This document shows, piece by piece, positions 1-13,268 of a stretch of DNA of 62,437 bases. How positions within the stretch are numbered: position 1 is the first letter of the stretch; each line of letters opens with the position of its first letter. The notes under the pieces are model-generated. The model did no database searches. It was not told where the DNA came from and saw only the letters and a program-made list of their open reading frames with translations. The translations under genes were made by a program, and so were the position numbers. The DNA comes from Octopus bimaculoides (Eukaryota). The stretch lies in contig NC_068985.1 in assembly GCF_001194135.2 (NCBI RefSeq), forward strand, positions 168,095-230,531. Reading direction: 5' to 3'.

Positions 1-67
1 TATATATATATATATATCTCCATATATGTATATAGAAATATCCATGTATGTATATATAGAAATATCC

Positions 68-98
<31 letters not shown>

Positions 99-117
99 CA
101 TATATGTATGTATATAA
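1..117. repeat. (TA)n-rich minisatellite
   Basis: Repeated tatagaaatatcca and atatctccatatatgt units embedded in (TA)n. Confidence 0.8.
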
Positions 118-461
118 TATTTGCACCCATTCTTTTTCCGATGCAACATATGAAGGTGGATGATTACTTAAAGAGCCATGTCATGGAGGAATTTGTAGCT
201 GTAATATAGTGAGAAAAAAAAAAAAACATTTCTAATAGTAAAATCAATCTATAAATTATTTTGCAATTTGGCTGTCTCTCTCTTTTGCTTATTGCTTTTA
301 TACAGATCTTTGTGTGCATGTATATGTAACTTTGTATGATTGTATCCATGTGCTTCATTCTTGCCACATTACATGACAACCTTTAAAAAATAAAAACACC
401 AAACAAAGCGTAACAATAGAAGAAATATACATAAAAAAGAAACAATAAAAAAAATCCTTAA

Positions 462-473
462 ATGATGATGATG

Positions 474-510
<37 letters not shown>

Positions 511-562
511 GTGATAATAATAATAATAATGATAATAATAATAATAATGATAATAATAATAA
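462..562. repeat. Compound (GAT)n/(AAT)n microsatellite
   Basis: Read directly from the sequence. Confidence 0.9.
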
Positions 563-1721
563 CGTTAGTAATCAGAAGAATTATAATCCACTTTTTTTTG
601 TTTTTTGATCCCTGAAAAATAGTTTCAAAAAATGATTTTAAAAAAATTTCTATAATTTCTGCTGTCCTTGTTGTGTGTACTTATTTGAGTTTGCGTCTTT
701 CCTTTATGTAACCATTAAAACATTTGTGAATACATACATATATAATATGAAATTTTCTTTATCAAATTTCTGTATTGCTGTTCAATATATTTTATATTTT
801 AAAGGAATTGTGTATGTAGGTAGATGTGTGTCTGTAAATAAGTGGTAGTGTTCTTCTGAGAGTAGTGTTTTTGTTTTTAATTTAGAGGAGAGGTGGTTTG
901 GTTATTTGCTTTATATCATATTGCAATAATCCTCCTCTATTCACTGATTTCTTCCTTCTCCCTAATCAATACACACCACCACCGAGAGTGAAAAAATATG
1001 TTAAATGAAAATAATGGCAACAACAGTTCATTTTTTTTCTTTGATCTGAGCTTGTTATTTGTTGTGCATTCTTTCTCATGGAATTTTGCTTCCATGTTTT
1101 ATGACACCGTTAAAAATTATTACCAAATAATAATAATAATATCTAATGAATAAATAACTTTATTTACCCAGTTTCAATGATCCCTTATAGTGAATGAGTG
1201 TCTGTGTGCCTGCTTATGTTTGCATGCGTGTACATGGAAGTGAGTAGCTGATGCATATAGAAATTTATAGACATGGTTTTATGTTCAGTGGCTTCAAATA
1301 TTTCCTGCATCTTCCTCTTTGTTTTCTTTCTAATTAAAAAATATTGTTTTCCTTTTTTTAAAAGTTTTTCATTCAAAATTTCCATACCTATATTCTTCAT
1401 GCATGTGTGCGTGCATGTGTATGTACATACGTGAGTGTATGTATAGTGAGAGAAAGAGAGAGAGACTGGTTTCCATCTGTAACTCTAAATACATCTCATA
1501 TCTTATTAATGCTACACTGTTCCTAAGTCAACTTGTCAAGTACTATAACAGAAAAAAAAAAATAAATATTAAAAATATAATTAAAAAACACTTCTTTGTG
1601 TGCCAACTTTTCCAATAACAAATTTATCCTAGATTGTCACTTTCTTTTTTTTTTTTTTAAATATTTTTTTTTCTTCAATTGAACTGTCTCCATTAAACAA
1701 AAATTAAGGAGTTGTTTCGAT

Positions 1722-1727
1722 TTTATT
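1722..1727 (-). promoter_or_regulatory. Candidate polyadenylation signal AATAAA
   Basis: AATAAA on the minus strand about 30 nt after the stop codon; the region is AT-rich, so a chance match is possible. Confidence 0.3.
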
Positions 1728-1754
1728 GAAATATATTTCTTTTAATCTTTAGAT

Positions 1755-2024
1755 TCAAAGTAAGCCAATGGAGATTATAAGAATAAAAATAAGAGTTAGA
1801 GATGGTGCTCTTGGAGGATTTGCAGTTCCTGTATAATAGGTATGTGGATAAATCTTTATCTGTACTATGGTGGTTGTAGTCTTTGAGCAAGGTTGTGGGG
1901 TATGTATTGGACGTTTTTTACATAACTGTTCTGATGGAGGCCGAAGCCAAATATGAATTCCATTGATTTGGAAATTTTTATTCAACATACATGCTGGTAA
2001 ATAATCTTTCTGAAGTCCAGTGAA
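1755..2024 (-). CDS. Terminal coding exon (F), 89 aa plus TGA
   Basis: Acceptor tttatttgtttttgcag|TTC, phase 0; open frame FTGLQKDYLPACML...GIHIWLRPP...TGTANPPRAPSLTLIFILIISIGLL*, part of ORF 1755..2066. Confidence 0.9.
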   Translation of the reverse strand, partial: FTGLQKDYLPACMLNKNFQINGIHIWLRPPSEQLCKKRPIHTPQPCSKTTTTIVQIKIYPHTYYTGTANPPRAPSLTLIFILIISIGLL

Positions 2025-2089
2025 CTGCAAAAACAAATAAAAAGAAAACAAATAAATAACAAGCATATATCAATATTTGAAAAATATCT

Positions 2090-2755
2090 ATGCATATCAA
2101 ACAAAATCCTGCCAAAAATGATCTGCCATTCAAACCAAAAAGAATGAAGCTGTTCCATTTCTTTTATGGTTTTACCTCTTTTCTTGGTGATTACAATGCT
2201 CTTATCCCTGGAACAGTATTTTGGATATGAGCTAAAATCCATTCCTTGTCATGAATAGTTGTAAATACCATTGTCCATTGAGCCATAAGCATGAGCGATT
2301 GCTACCATCTTTTCACCTTTTCATAGTGTTTGATTATTGCCATTTTATCATCCAAAGGAACTGTATTACACTGAAGGTCACCAGGATTATATTTAGAAGT
2401 AGGGCCTTTTGTGAGGGCATGGTGGTTTAAGAAAAGCACAAATTTATACACAGTAAACATAAATGCATGCTTGAATTTCCTGGTACACACTACAATGCTA
2501 CCTTACAGTGGAAGGCTAGAACTATTGCTCCTGTTAACCATGTAAATAGTCTAAACTTTGTAATATGTATATTTTAAAAAATTATTAGCTTTTATCTGCT
2601 TTTATCAATAATCTGCTCATATTTTCATATGTATTTTATTTGATTTTCCACTCCAATACTGGTTTTTAAAAGAAAATTTTTTTATTCTTTTAAATACGTT
2701 TGCTGACATGAACAGAACACATCAGATAAATTGACTTAAGTTGAGGTGTATTTTT
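2090..2755 (-). mobile_element. Tigger/pogo transposon 5' half (HTH-psq/CENP-B-type N-terminus, decayed)
   Basis: Frameshifted VPLDDKMAIIKHYEK...KSIVITKKRGKTIKEMEQLHSFWFEWQ; TIR-like tgacttaagttgaggt at 2732-2747. Confidence 0.75.
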
Positions 2756-2949
2756 TTCCATTGATTTCTTTAAAAGCAGATAGTGTACATCACCTGACAG
2801 CAGGGTCACCAGTTCAATGATCTCCGGTTACTATGTTTACATATCGTAGCCATTTGTGAGACAAAAATTTTGAAACTGAAATTACTCACCCTGCTTCTGA
2901 ACAATTACGAGGGTGTATTCATTTATCTTGATATGAGTGACATGGAGTA

Positions 2950-3985
2950 TTCATCATCATCATTATGCATTCGTTTTCCATGAAGGTATGGGTTGGACAG
3001 TTAGACGGTAGTTGGCCGGTGGAAGAGCTGTCCAGGCTCCACTTGTCTGTTCTGGCATGGTTTCTATGGCCGGATGATGTCCTTCCTAACGCCAACCACT
3101 TTACAGCGTTTACTGGGTGCATTTTACAGCGCACCAGCACAGGGGTTTTGTACTTGGCTCTGAACAAGTGCTTTTCTGCTTGGCACTGGTACAGGTGCTT
3201 TCTATGTGACACTGGCATGGGTGCTTTCATGTGATGCCAACACCTGTGAACCCTAAGGACAAGGATCACTTGGCTGATAGAGGGATGTGCCTGTATGTTT
3301 AGATGGACAAGATTTTACTTTGCTTGATGTGTCTTCCCAAGCACAGCAAAGCTCCAGAAACCTTGTCATCTCCTCAGCATCTGAAGATCCTTTCTCACCA
3401 CTTCATCCCATTTGTCTATTTTCCTACTTACTAGGACTTTGGTCCTTGCTCCATCAACTCTAAGGCCCTTAGCTTCTAGACCTTGCTTCCACACTTGAAA
3501 TTTCTCTAACTTTGGTAGCAATTCAGTTATAAGAACATGGTCATCAGCATAGAGGAGCTCCCAAGGGCAGCTAGTTTTAAATTCTTGTTATGGCCTGGAG
3601 GACTATCATAAACAAGAGGGGGCTGAGAACCAATCCTCAGTGTACTCGTACACTAAATTCCTTGCTATACTCATTGCCGACTTGCACCTTACTGACAGCA
3701 TCCCTGTACAACTCTCACCAACCACTCATCTCTCCCAGCTTCCACATTGCCCATCAAATAAGGGTGCAGGGGAAGTTGTCAAAGGCTTTTTTCATGTCAA
3801 CAAAAGCCAAATGCTGAGTTTTATTTTGGCTAAATAGTTCTCCTGTACTTGCCTTACCTGGAAGATAGCATCAATAGTGCTATCTTCTACCAGGCACAAA
3901 ACCAAACTGCATCTCATCTAGACTAACTCTCTGCCTAATTAATTGAGCTATGACCCTTCATCACCTGGTCAAGCAATTTGATACC
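2950..3985 (-). mobile_element. RTE-clade LINE remnant (RT fragment plus 3'UTR and GAT tail)
   Basis: Reverse strand reads GCPWELLYADD near 3545-3575; shared 3' end and (ATC)n at 2950. Confidence 0.85.
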
Positions 3986-4429
3986 TCTGTAATTATTTCT
4001 TAAAATCTGGGCCTGGAAACAAATATGATCTTTTCAGATCTTGGTGGTTAAAAAGGAGCGCATTCAAACTCAACATCCAGTGCAGAAAGCCCAGCTGCTA
4101 CATGTAACAGTAAAAGCCAGTAAAAAGGTTTTCTGTTCAGACGGCTTAGAAAAATAAAATCAACAACAGTGGCACCCAGTGAAAGGAGTTGCTGGTCCCA
4201 AGGCAGCTCCCTGGTACGAGACCTTGTCGGGTAAAAACCAGGAAGTGTTTAAGAATAAGTCACTCTACCAAGATAACCAAGAGATATATAAACTCCCTCT
4301 CCCAGCCAGAACCAGCAGAGAGAAATTAGAGTCACACTTAAATCGACCAACAATAAAGGAAAGAACAACCAGGAAGAACCCTATCACAACAATGCTGCCC
4401 TCTCGATGAGAATAAGACAGAGGATGTCC

Positions 4430-5515
4430 AGCAATCAATAGTCAAGAAGTACTGTAAAGAGAAGCAAGTTCCATTTGAGATTCTCTGCGAAATGTCCTGG
4501 ACTTTCATCATAATATCACTTTTGTTTATATACCTCCTAACACCACTTCTTTACTGCAACCTATGGGACCTGGCTAGCATTTCTAAGTGTTACTTCCAAA
4601 GGCAGGATGTACTCAGGCAGGATGTAATAGCAACTGAAACGGAGGAAGGCACCACACTCTATGATTTTTGGAAGACATAATATTTGTAAGGCTATTCTTA
4701 GTATCAACTCAACATGGAAGAATGTATCAGAAATGTTTATGAATGCCATTTGGAAGAAACTGTGCATCGAATTTGAGGACAATTTCAAAAGCTTTGACGG
4801 TTCAGATGCAAATAGAGGAGAACCTTGTTGAAAGAACTAAAAATGGATTTGGAGGAAGAAGATTTCAATGCATTAAATGATGCTGTCATACAACCACTCA
4901 CAAATGAAGAGTTAATGGATCTTCATGAACAGAAACCATGAGAAGAGCAGCAACCAGAATGAGAACAAAAACATTTCATCACTAAAATGCAGCAAGCTTT
5001 TATGTATATTAAGAAATTACTAGCCATTTTCGAGGGGTTGCATCCTGATCCTGAATGCTTGGCTAAAGTTATGGGGGCTCTTCACACCACTTATGCTCCT
5101 TATTGGGTTATCCTAGATGATAAAAGTAAAACTATTTCACTATTCCAGACAAGTTTTTGCTGCACATTGAAAGTTGACTGAATTGGAAACCTCTGATGGC
5201 CAACCTGTTCCTTTGACATCAATGCTGTAATCCATGCTTCTCCTCCAACCTCCTTTTCTGACCACTCAAGCACATTGAAAGCAGCAATCAGGTAAATGAT
5301 TCTATATTTTTAAAATTCTTTGGTTCTTTTATTATTTCTTGACATTCACAATTTTTTTTATTTGTATTTAAATGTTTAAAATACAATATTTTATACCAGC
5401 TTGAAGTCTTTTTTTAATGAATTTCGATGACTTTTTTACATGATTTTTTCCTGTCATGTTTTTGAGTTAAGTCATATTTTGGAAGCAAACACTGACATAA
5501 GTTGAGGTACACCTG
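4430..5515 (+). mobile_element. Tigger/pogo transposon 3' half (DDE region plus TIR)
   Basis: YCKEKQVPFEIL...TSLLQPM...TTLYDFWKT...MNAIWKKLC; ends tgacataagttgaggtacacctg followed by TA. Confidence 0.85.
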
Positions 5516-5739
5516 TACACATTTATTTGCTTAAAATATCAGGTGAAATTTGTTGAGGTAGTCTATCCTTCTTGTTGCCATCAAGTTAATGTTTACAAGC
5601 AAGTTAATATTTCCACATGGCCAGACATGTTTTTACAGGCTAGAAATGAATGACATTGCCTGTAGGATGATGATGATGCATGCTTGCAATAAGTGCATGA
5701 TATCAAGACAGGGTATAGACAAACGCATGCATGCACACA

Positions 5740-5915
5740 CACACACAAACACACACACATATCTATATAAACCCATGTATACATAGACACACAATGGCCC
5801 TCTTTCAGTTTCTTTCCACTAAGTCCATTCAATAGGTTTTGGTCAGTACAAAGCTACAAGTGGAAGAAACATGCCCAAGATATCATGTGGTCGGCTTGAA
5901 CATGAGACTACATAA
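5740..5915 (-). mobile_element. Partial tRNA-headed SINE
   Basis: Degenerate reverse match to the 5' half of the SINE at 38712-39125. Confidence 0.6.
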
Positions 5916-5968
5916 CTTTACCATACATCAGATACATACATAAACATACATGCATGCTTATGTATGTA

Positions 5969-7224
5969 TTAGATCATCAAGTATGACACTTGTAGAAAAG
6001 AAAGGAAAGTTTGTGCTTTATAAATACAAGGAATAGTTTTATTCATCGAAGTATGCACCCATATTATCAATACACTTTTGCCATTTCAGCAGTAGCTTGT
6101 CCAGCCTGGAACTGTAAAAGCCTGGCAACAAAATCTTGGAAGGCCTGTTTCACAGCGTCATCGAAATTAAATTTTTTCCTATCAAAAAGTTATCCAAATT
6201 CTGGAAGAAGTGGTTGTCAGTAGGGGCAAGATCAGGTGAATATGATGGATGAAGGAGAACTTCCAGCTCCTGTACTTTTGCCAATGTCATTTTTGTGATG
6301 TGTAATCTGGCATTGTCTTGCAATAAAATAGGAGTGGATCTGTTGACTAATCTCGGCTGCTTTTTTGTAAGTTTCTGCATCATTTGGTCCAGTTGGCTGC
6401 AGTATACTTTGGCCGTGATTGATGAGCCAGGTTTAATGAAATCCTAATGGATCACACCTACACCAGGCCATCAAATACACACCATCAGCTTCTTTTGATT
6501 AATTTTGCTGTGTTTTGGTGGTTTGTCTTTGTCCAACCATTGTGCTGAACATTTACGGTTGTTGTATTGGATCCATTTCTCATCACATGTTACAATTCGA
6601 TTAAAAAATGATTCATTTTTGTGGCGAGAAAGTAGCTTAATGCAGGCTTCCAAACGTTACTGTTTCTGATTTTCATTGAGTTCATGTGGAACCCACTTAT
6701 CCAACTTTTCCACTTTACCAATTTGAACTAGGTGAGTCAATATTGTTTGCTCGCTAACACCAAACAACAACGATAATTCACGGGCACTTTGAGATGGATC
6801 TGACTGAACGGTGCCTTCCAGTTCGTCATTATCCACCTTTGTTTCTGGCTGACCACGCTGCTCATCTGTGAAGTCAAAGTTACCAGAATGAAATTTTGCA
6901 AACCAATTTGATACTGTCTGCTGTATAATAACGTTAGAATGAAATACTCCTTTAACATTCCAAGCAGTCTGTGATGCTGTATTTCCAAGAAAGAACTCAT
7001 ATTTCAAAACTGTACGAATTTCCAACTTATCCATCTCTAAACAAAAATAGCAAAAAATGATTTTTAAATACTTTATAAAGTACAAAATGAGTTAGAACAA
7101 AGAAATAGATGTGTCAGCTTTCTAACAAAAAATAAAGATTATCAAAATATAAGAATGGTGCAAAATGAGCAGCTGTCAAAGTTTACCATCTACCTTACTA
7201 CAAATTTCATACTTGGTGACCTAA
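5969..7224 (-). mobile_element. Full-length mariner (DD34D) element with both TIRs; transposase 7034-6039 broken by stops and frameshifts
   Basis: TA-flanked TIRs ttagatcatcaagtatgacacttg and (reverse complement) ttaggtcaccaagtatgaaatttg; MDKLEIR...WVPHEL, IVTCDEKW, LLQDNAR, HPSYSPDLAPTD. Confidence 0.95.
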
Positions 7225-7427
7225 TATATATGTATATATGGAGATAAATGTTATATATCATATATTAACATTGGTTATGAATATACTGATGTATACCTGA
7301 ATAAATACCTAATGAAACAGACATATCATTAGTCTGTTTATCTATCAATTTTTCTACGCGCACTTGTGCATATGCAGACACAGACACAAGTATAAACGTT
7401 TGTTTATGTGTGTAATATATATTTGTA

Positions 7428-7968
7428 TCATCATCATTTAATGTCTGTTGCCCATGCTGGCATGGGTTGTACGGTTTGACCAGGGCTGGCAAGTTGGAAG
7501 GCTGCACCAGATTCCAGACTAATTTGGCATGGTTTTTACTGCTGGATGCCCTTCTTAATGCCAACCACTCTGAGAGTGTTTTACATGCCAGCAGCATGGG
7601 TGGCATCTTCGTGACACCGGTGTCTGCCACAACTGCAATTTTACTTGGTTTGATTAGTCTTCTTTTCAAGCATGACACAATGCCAAAGATATTGGTCATT
7701 GTCTCCCAACACTTGAAAGGGGCTTTTCACGTGCCACTACCATCAGTCATGTTGCCTCTATGAGGCCCAATGCTCGAAATGTGCTTTTTACATTCCACTG
7801 GCACAGGTGCCAATTTTGTGACACCAGCATCAGCAATGACGGTTTCACTTGGCTTGATGGGTTTTCTCAGGCACACCATATTGCCAAAGGCCTCAGTCAC
7901 TAGTCATTGCCTCCATGAGGCCCAAAGTTCGAAGATCATACTTCACCACCCCGTCCCATGTCTTCCTC
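7428..7968 (-). mobile_element. 5'-truncated RTE 3'UTR copy
   Basis: (ATC)n then tttaatgtctgttgcccatgctggcatggg...ggatgcccttc; a second short tail lies at about 8028-8080. Confidence 0.85.
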
Positions 7969-8394
7969 TGAGTGTGTATATATATATATATATCTATATA
8001 TATCTATATATTTTTATATGTATATTTGTATCGTCATTTAATGTCCATGTTCCATGCTGGCATGTGTTGGATGTTTTGATAAGACTCCGATGTGTCTAAG
8101 GACTGTATATATGTCTGTGTGTTATATTACAGCAGAAGTAGTATTAGTTTAAAACAGTGATCTGTGTATCACACTAAATGCAGATAAAACACAGAAAACC
8201 AAATTAACTGCAGTATTTGTCCTGAGAAAACAGGCCAACAAAGTTTTTTTCTTTGCTGTCAAGAACTTTGAACCTGAATTAGGGTTTTGACTCAGAATCT
8301 GAATATAACATCTGTTTACTACCATCACATCAAGATTTTAAGATCCTGGACCCAAAGAATTTCATTGTTTTTTTTTTTGTTTTCAATAAAATAG

Positions 8395-9780
8395 CTTATG
8401 AGGAACAAAGCATAACATAAGGCAACTGTAGGAAAAACATTTAGCTAAGAATAAACGTCTGTATTTGGTTTTTCTTGACTTGAAGAAAGCCGCTGACTAG
8501 GTCCCCCATGCCCTCATCTGGTAGATAATGCAGAAGAGGAATTCATGATTGACTTCCTTTGGGTACATATCTATGTTGATGTCTTTGTTCTTGTTGGTGA
8601 ATCACTGAGTTAGAGAGGAAATTTCTGTTTCTGGAAGCAAGATCTGGAATCCGAATAAGGAAAACAGACAAATCACAAATACCTTCAGGGAGATGGCTCT
8701 GCTCAATATGTTGGAAAAGTATTGGTAGAAACTGCATACAGTGTACCCAGTGCAAGCTATGGACACATAGGAAGGGCAGTGGTATCACAGGAAGATTAAC
8801 AGAGAAAGTAGTCTTTGAGTGTGGCAGATGTGCAGGTAGAATAAATACGAAGAATGTATAGAGAATAGACTTCTTCGAGTGTTTGGCAGAGTTCTTAGAA
8901 GTAGTAAATAACTTGTGTTACCTAGATGACCAAGTCAGTAGTGGGGGAGAAAGTTTTGAAATTGTAGTTGCTAGAATTAGAGTTGGCTAGGCAAAGTCCA
9001 GAGAGCTACTATCTTTGTTGATAACAAAGGGCCTCTCCCTCAGAGTGAAAGTCAGATTGAATGATGTCTGTATGAACAGCTGGACTACATGATAGTGAAA
9101 CATGGGCTATGACTAGAGAGGACTTGATAAGGTTTGAAAGAAATGAAGCCAGCATGCTCCGCTGGATGGGTTATGTCGGTGTGAATGTATGACAGTGTAT
9201 AAATGACTTAAGAGAAAAATAGGTATAAGAGGCGTCAGGTGTTGCATGCAAGAAAAAAGACCACTGGTCATGTGATGAGGACAGCTGCATATAGAAGTGC
9301 TAACCTCTAATTGTGGAGGAAACGTGTGGAAGAGGTAGACCCAGGAAGACATGGGATGAAGTGGTGAGAAAGGATTTTCAAATATTGGGGTTGACTAAGG
9401 AGATGATGAGTGACTGAGACTTCTGGCCTCTTGTGTTTGAGAGGACATCTCAAGCTAAGTAAAATTGTGGTTGTCCTTGCATACAGGTATGTACCTGCAT
9501 CCCTCTTCAGCAGAACTGATCCTAATCTTACAGGCTCATGGATGCTGGTGACACATAAAAACCAACCATGCCAGTACCATGTAAAAATCATCCATTCTGG
9601 TGTTGCATAAACGCACCCAGTCTACACTCTGTAAAGTGGTTGGTGTTAGGAAGGACATCCAGCCATGGAAGCCATGCTGAAACAGACATGGAGCCTGGGC
9701 AGCTTTTCAGCTTGCCAGATGCTGTCAAACTGTTCAACCCATACCAGCATGGGAAATGGATGTTAAATGATGATGATGAA
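8395..9780 (+). mobile_element. Degraded RTE LINE 3' part
   Basis: EKHLAKNKRLYLVFLDLKKA; RFERNEASMLRW; GRPRKTWDEVV; ends gttaaatgatgatgat. Confidence 0.85.
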
Positions 9781-10526
9781 TTTACTAAACAAGGAATCAC
9801 AATAATAACTAAAGAGAATTTTAAGTTATAAATTCCTCAGGATATGAATAATAACTGGAGTACTGCAATCAACTTCCAAAATTGCATCTGTTCTATCTTA
9901 ATTAATTTCAAAAGATTTTATAAATGAAAATTCAGTACAAAACAAACCACTTTTCTGTTTTGGAGGAATGAAGGTTAAGCAAGGTAATTTCAAAATAAAT
10001 CATAAATGAATGTTTCAAACATCCTCTTGTATTGATTGAAGATGATACACAAATATTTACTCTGTAAAGAGGATACTCTAGTCTTTAGTCAGCAAACAGT
10101 GATAAAGGTTTACACAAATTACATTCAACATCAACAACATATTGAGCAAATTTCTAAAGCAACTCCTTATTCTAATCAATGAAAAAAGGAATAAAGCATT
10201 AGCAGAAGACAGTTAGACAAGACAATTAACCATTTCCATAAGGAACCAGGATTTAATGATAGTTGGAAGGAATATACATGTGAACCATCATCAGTGATCA
10301 TATTCAAACACATTAGCTTTTAAAGAACATATTTTCTACAGACTAAAATTATTGACTTCACTGGAAGATATAATTGCTTGGATAAGCTAAGTCTAGGCAA
10401 TACCAAAATCTTTGAAAAAGAATGGCACAATTGTATGAATAGTTTCTGTTGAAAAAAGTGTGTATATATATATATATATATATAAGTAGTTAAATTTCAT
10501 CCTTATATTTAATTTTATGTATGTGC

Positions 10527-10583
<57 letters not shown>

Positions 10584-11393
10584 GGTATGTGTACGTGGGA
10601 AAATATATATGTATAATATACAATATGTCGATAGATACGTACGTCTCTGTCTTTACTGATTCTTAAAATAATCCTTGTCTTGCAATCATTATTAATTTAG
10701 TATTTTGACACCAGTATTGATGGAAAGGTTTGACCGACTTACTGGAGGATAAAAATATGGTGCCAGACAAGTGACCTACAATTTTTCACATTAGGATGTA
10801 TATATTTATGTGTACAAGAATCAAAAACTATAATATACAGTAACTGATCAATTCAAGGCAATCAGATGAGATGATGCCATATTCATTAAACAGAAAACAG
10901 ATTAGAGGGCAAAATGGCACTTGCAATACACTTCCATCCAAATGCTAAAATTAATCATGTCATCTTCATTTAATATGAGGCTGTGAAGTGAGTGTTGTCA
11001 TAAGATAATGTTTGTAAGAAACCAAGTGTGTGAAATAGTTTTGATTCTCAGTTACAAGTGCTTCCGTCATAGTTTTAATGATATGAATTTTAAAATTTTG
11101 CAGTTATCTCTCATTATGAAACAAACATATTAGGCCTGTATAAAGGTTACTCATTTCAAATATCAGAGAACTCTTGGTAATCCTAGAGAATACTCAGGTA
11201 TTCTCTTTGGTGAAGGCCCAGCAAAACCATAATCAACCTACTATAATCTCTGAAAGAGTTTTAATTTTAAAAAACATATTTATATTAAAAAAAAAAAATA
11301 TTTATCAAAAATGATGTAAAGCAGTTTGAAGATTTTCTTCTGGAAATGGAATTTGTATTTATATAAAAAGTGAGAAAATATTTGGCCACTTAC

Positions 11394-11569
11394 TGCATAC
11401 AAATTTGGTGGAAGATAATACCAATCCAGGCCAAATTTATTATTTTTTGGTGGCTTCCCTTGAAACATCCACCCAAAGGCACCCAATTTTCCATCAGTGT
11501 ATGTGAGAAATACAGGGTATAGTTCTTCACAGTTTAACTTCTTTGAAAGGTTCATGAAATAATGTGTTC
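11394..11569 (-). CDS. Internal exon E (phase 1 to 0)
   Basis: ttttttatgcag|GA ACA CAT TAT ... TAT GCA|gtaagt; encodes (G)THYFMNLSKKLNCEELYPVFLTYTDGKLGAFGWMFQG...LYA. Confidence 0.92.
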
Positions 11570-11939
11570 CTGCATAAAAAAACGAAAAAAAGAACCATTT
11601 TCAAAACATGTCTTCTTGCAAGACTTCAACTGGTGGGAAATACAGAATACAGGAGGGGGTAACAGAACGAAATATTTGGTTCAATTCTGAAATCTTTCTA
11701 ATTTCGAGTGACGTTAGCCATAGAGAAGATAAGATCCTATGATTTGACTTATAAGGCAAATTTACAAATGTGCCATTTATGACTGAAACACATTTCTCTT
11801 ATTTGGAATCAAATCTGTTGGAATGAAGTTGATGTTACATTTTCAATGGCTACAGCAACAGACAGAGAAGTTTTTAAAATAGCAAAATAGAAGCAGTGTT
11901 ACTGTGTGTGTGTGTGTGTGTGTGTGAATCACAATCAAA

Positions 11940-12375
11940 AATGTAAATTGTAGTTGTGGCCGATGCCAGTGCCATCTGACTGGTTCTCATGCTGGTGGCA
12001 TGCAATAAGCACCACTCTTGAGTGGGTCGTTGCCAGTGCCACCTGACTGGCTCCCCGTGCCAGTGCCATGTAAAAAGCACCATCTGAACGTAGTCGATGC
12101 CAGCCCCCCCCCCCCCCCCCGCTCCTGTGCTGGTAGCACATAAAAGCACTATCTGAATGTGGCTCATACCAGGGCCGCCAGACTGGCTCCTGTGCCGGTG
12201 GCACATAAAAAGCACCCTCTACACTCTCAGAGTGGTTGGTATCGGGAAGGGCATCCAGCTGTAGAAACTCCGCCAGATCAGACTGGAGCCTGGTGCAGCC
12301 TCCTGGCTTCCCAGACCCCAGTCGAACCGTCCAACCCATGCCAGCATGAAAATGGATGTTAAATGATGATGATAT
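11940..12375 (+). mobile_element. RTE 3'UTR copy with hairpin units and GAT tail
   Basis: gtgccggtggcac units; ccaacccatgccagcatg...gttaaatgatgatgat. Confidence 0.88.
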
Positions 12376-12879
12376 GTATAACATATTTATTCTTAAAACT
12401 GAACCATTTCAGAAGATAAATTAATCACTTTTGATATGGCTAGATCCATTTTAGAATTCTTTGTTATTGTCTTTTCATCTTCCTAAATAATAAAGAAAAT
12501 ATAAAAAAGCCTGAAGCTAAATGAAGATTTATTTTACAGACTTATATGCAAGCTGAGTAGATTAACAGGTTTTTATTTCAGGAATATGTAAAGATTATCA
12601 AATCATTGCTTTTGGTTTGATAATTAGTCAATATTCTATTTTATTCTGTAATGAATTATTTCTAGCTTTTCTTATTTCAAGAAAACTTTGAAATAAAAGT
12701 ATTTTCTTGTAATGCACGTATACACACACACACACACACACACACATTTCTAACAATTGATCACTAACTAAATACTCTTAAGTGTCCATTTTAAAATTCA
12801 GTCTGTATATGGAGAAGTCCACTGGCAGGATCAGAAGATCAGAAGTTCAGACAAAAGGTTGTCATTTTAAATTCTGATT

Positions 12880-13268
12880 TCTTTTATTCTTTTACTGCTT
12901 CAGGCATTGGACTGGGGCCATGCTGGGGCCATGCTGGGGCACTGCCTTGAAGAACTTTCAGTTGAACAAATCAACCCCAATTCTAATTGTTTTTTTTTTA
13001 AGGCCTGGTACTTATTCTATTGGGCTGTTTTTGCTAAGCGGCTAAGTTACAGGGATGTAAACATACCAACACTGGTTGTCAAGCAATGGTGGGGGGACAA
13101 ACACACATGGCAAGCTTCTTTCAGCTTCTGTCTACCAAATCCACTCACAGGGCTTTGATTAACCCAGGGCTATAGTAGAAGACACTTGCCCAAGGTACCA
13201 GGCAATGGGACTGAACCTGGAACCATGTGGTTGGGAAGCAAACTTCTAACCACACAGCCACACCTGCA
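12880..13268 (-). mobile_element. tRNA-headed SINE lacking the central microsatellite
   Basis: Reverse match to 38712-39125; small internal ggggccatgct duplication. Confidence 0.85.

Noticed and set aside
4179-4409. 76-aa plus-strand ORF between the RTE and Tigger pieces
   Set aside because: No recognisable motif or splice context; probably an unclassified repeat.
7265-8099. Cluster of 98-144 aa ORFs with recurring motifs (LDALPNANHSESV)
   Set aside because: These are translations of the non-coding RTE 3'UTR, which recur wherever the repeat occurs.
11185-11206. 9-bp perfect hairpin agagaatac-tcag-gtattctct
   Set aside because: Short enough to occur by chance in 62 kb of AT-rich DNA; no supporting context.
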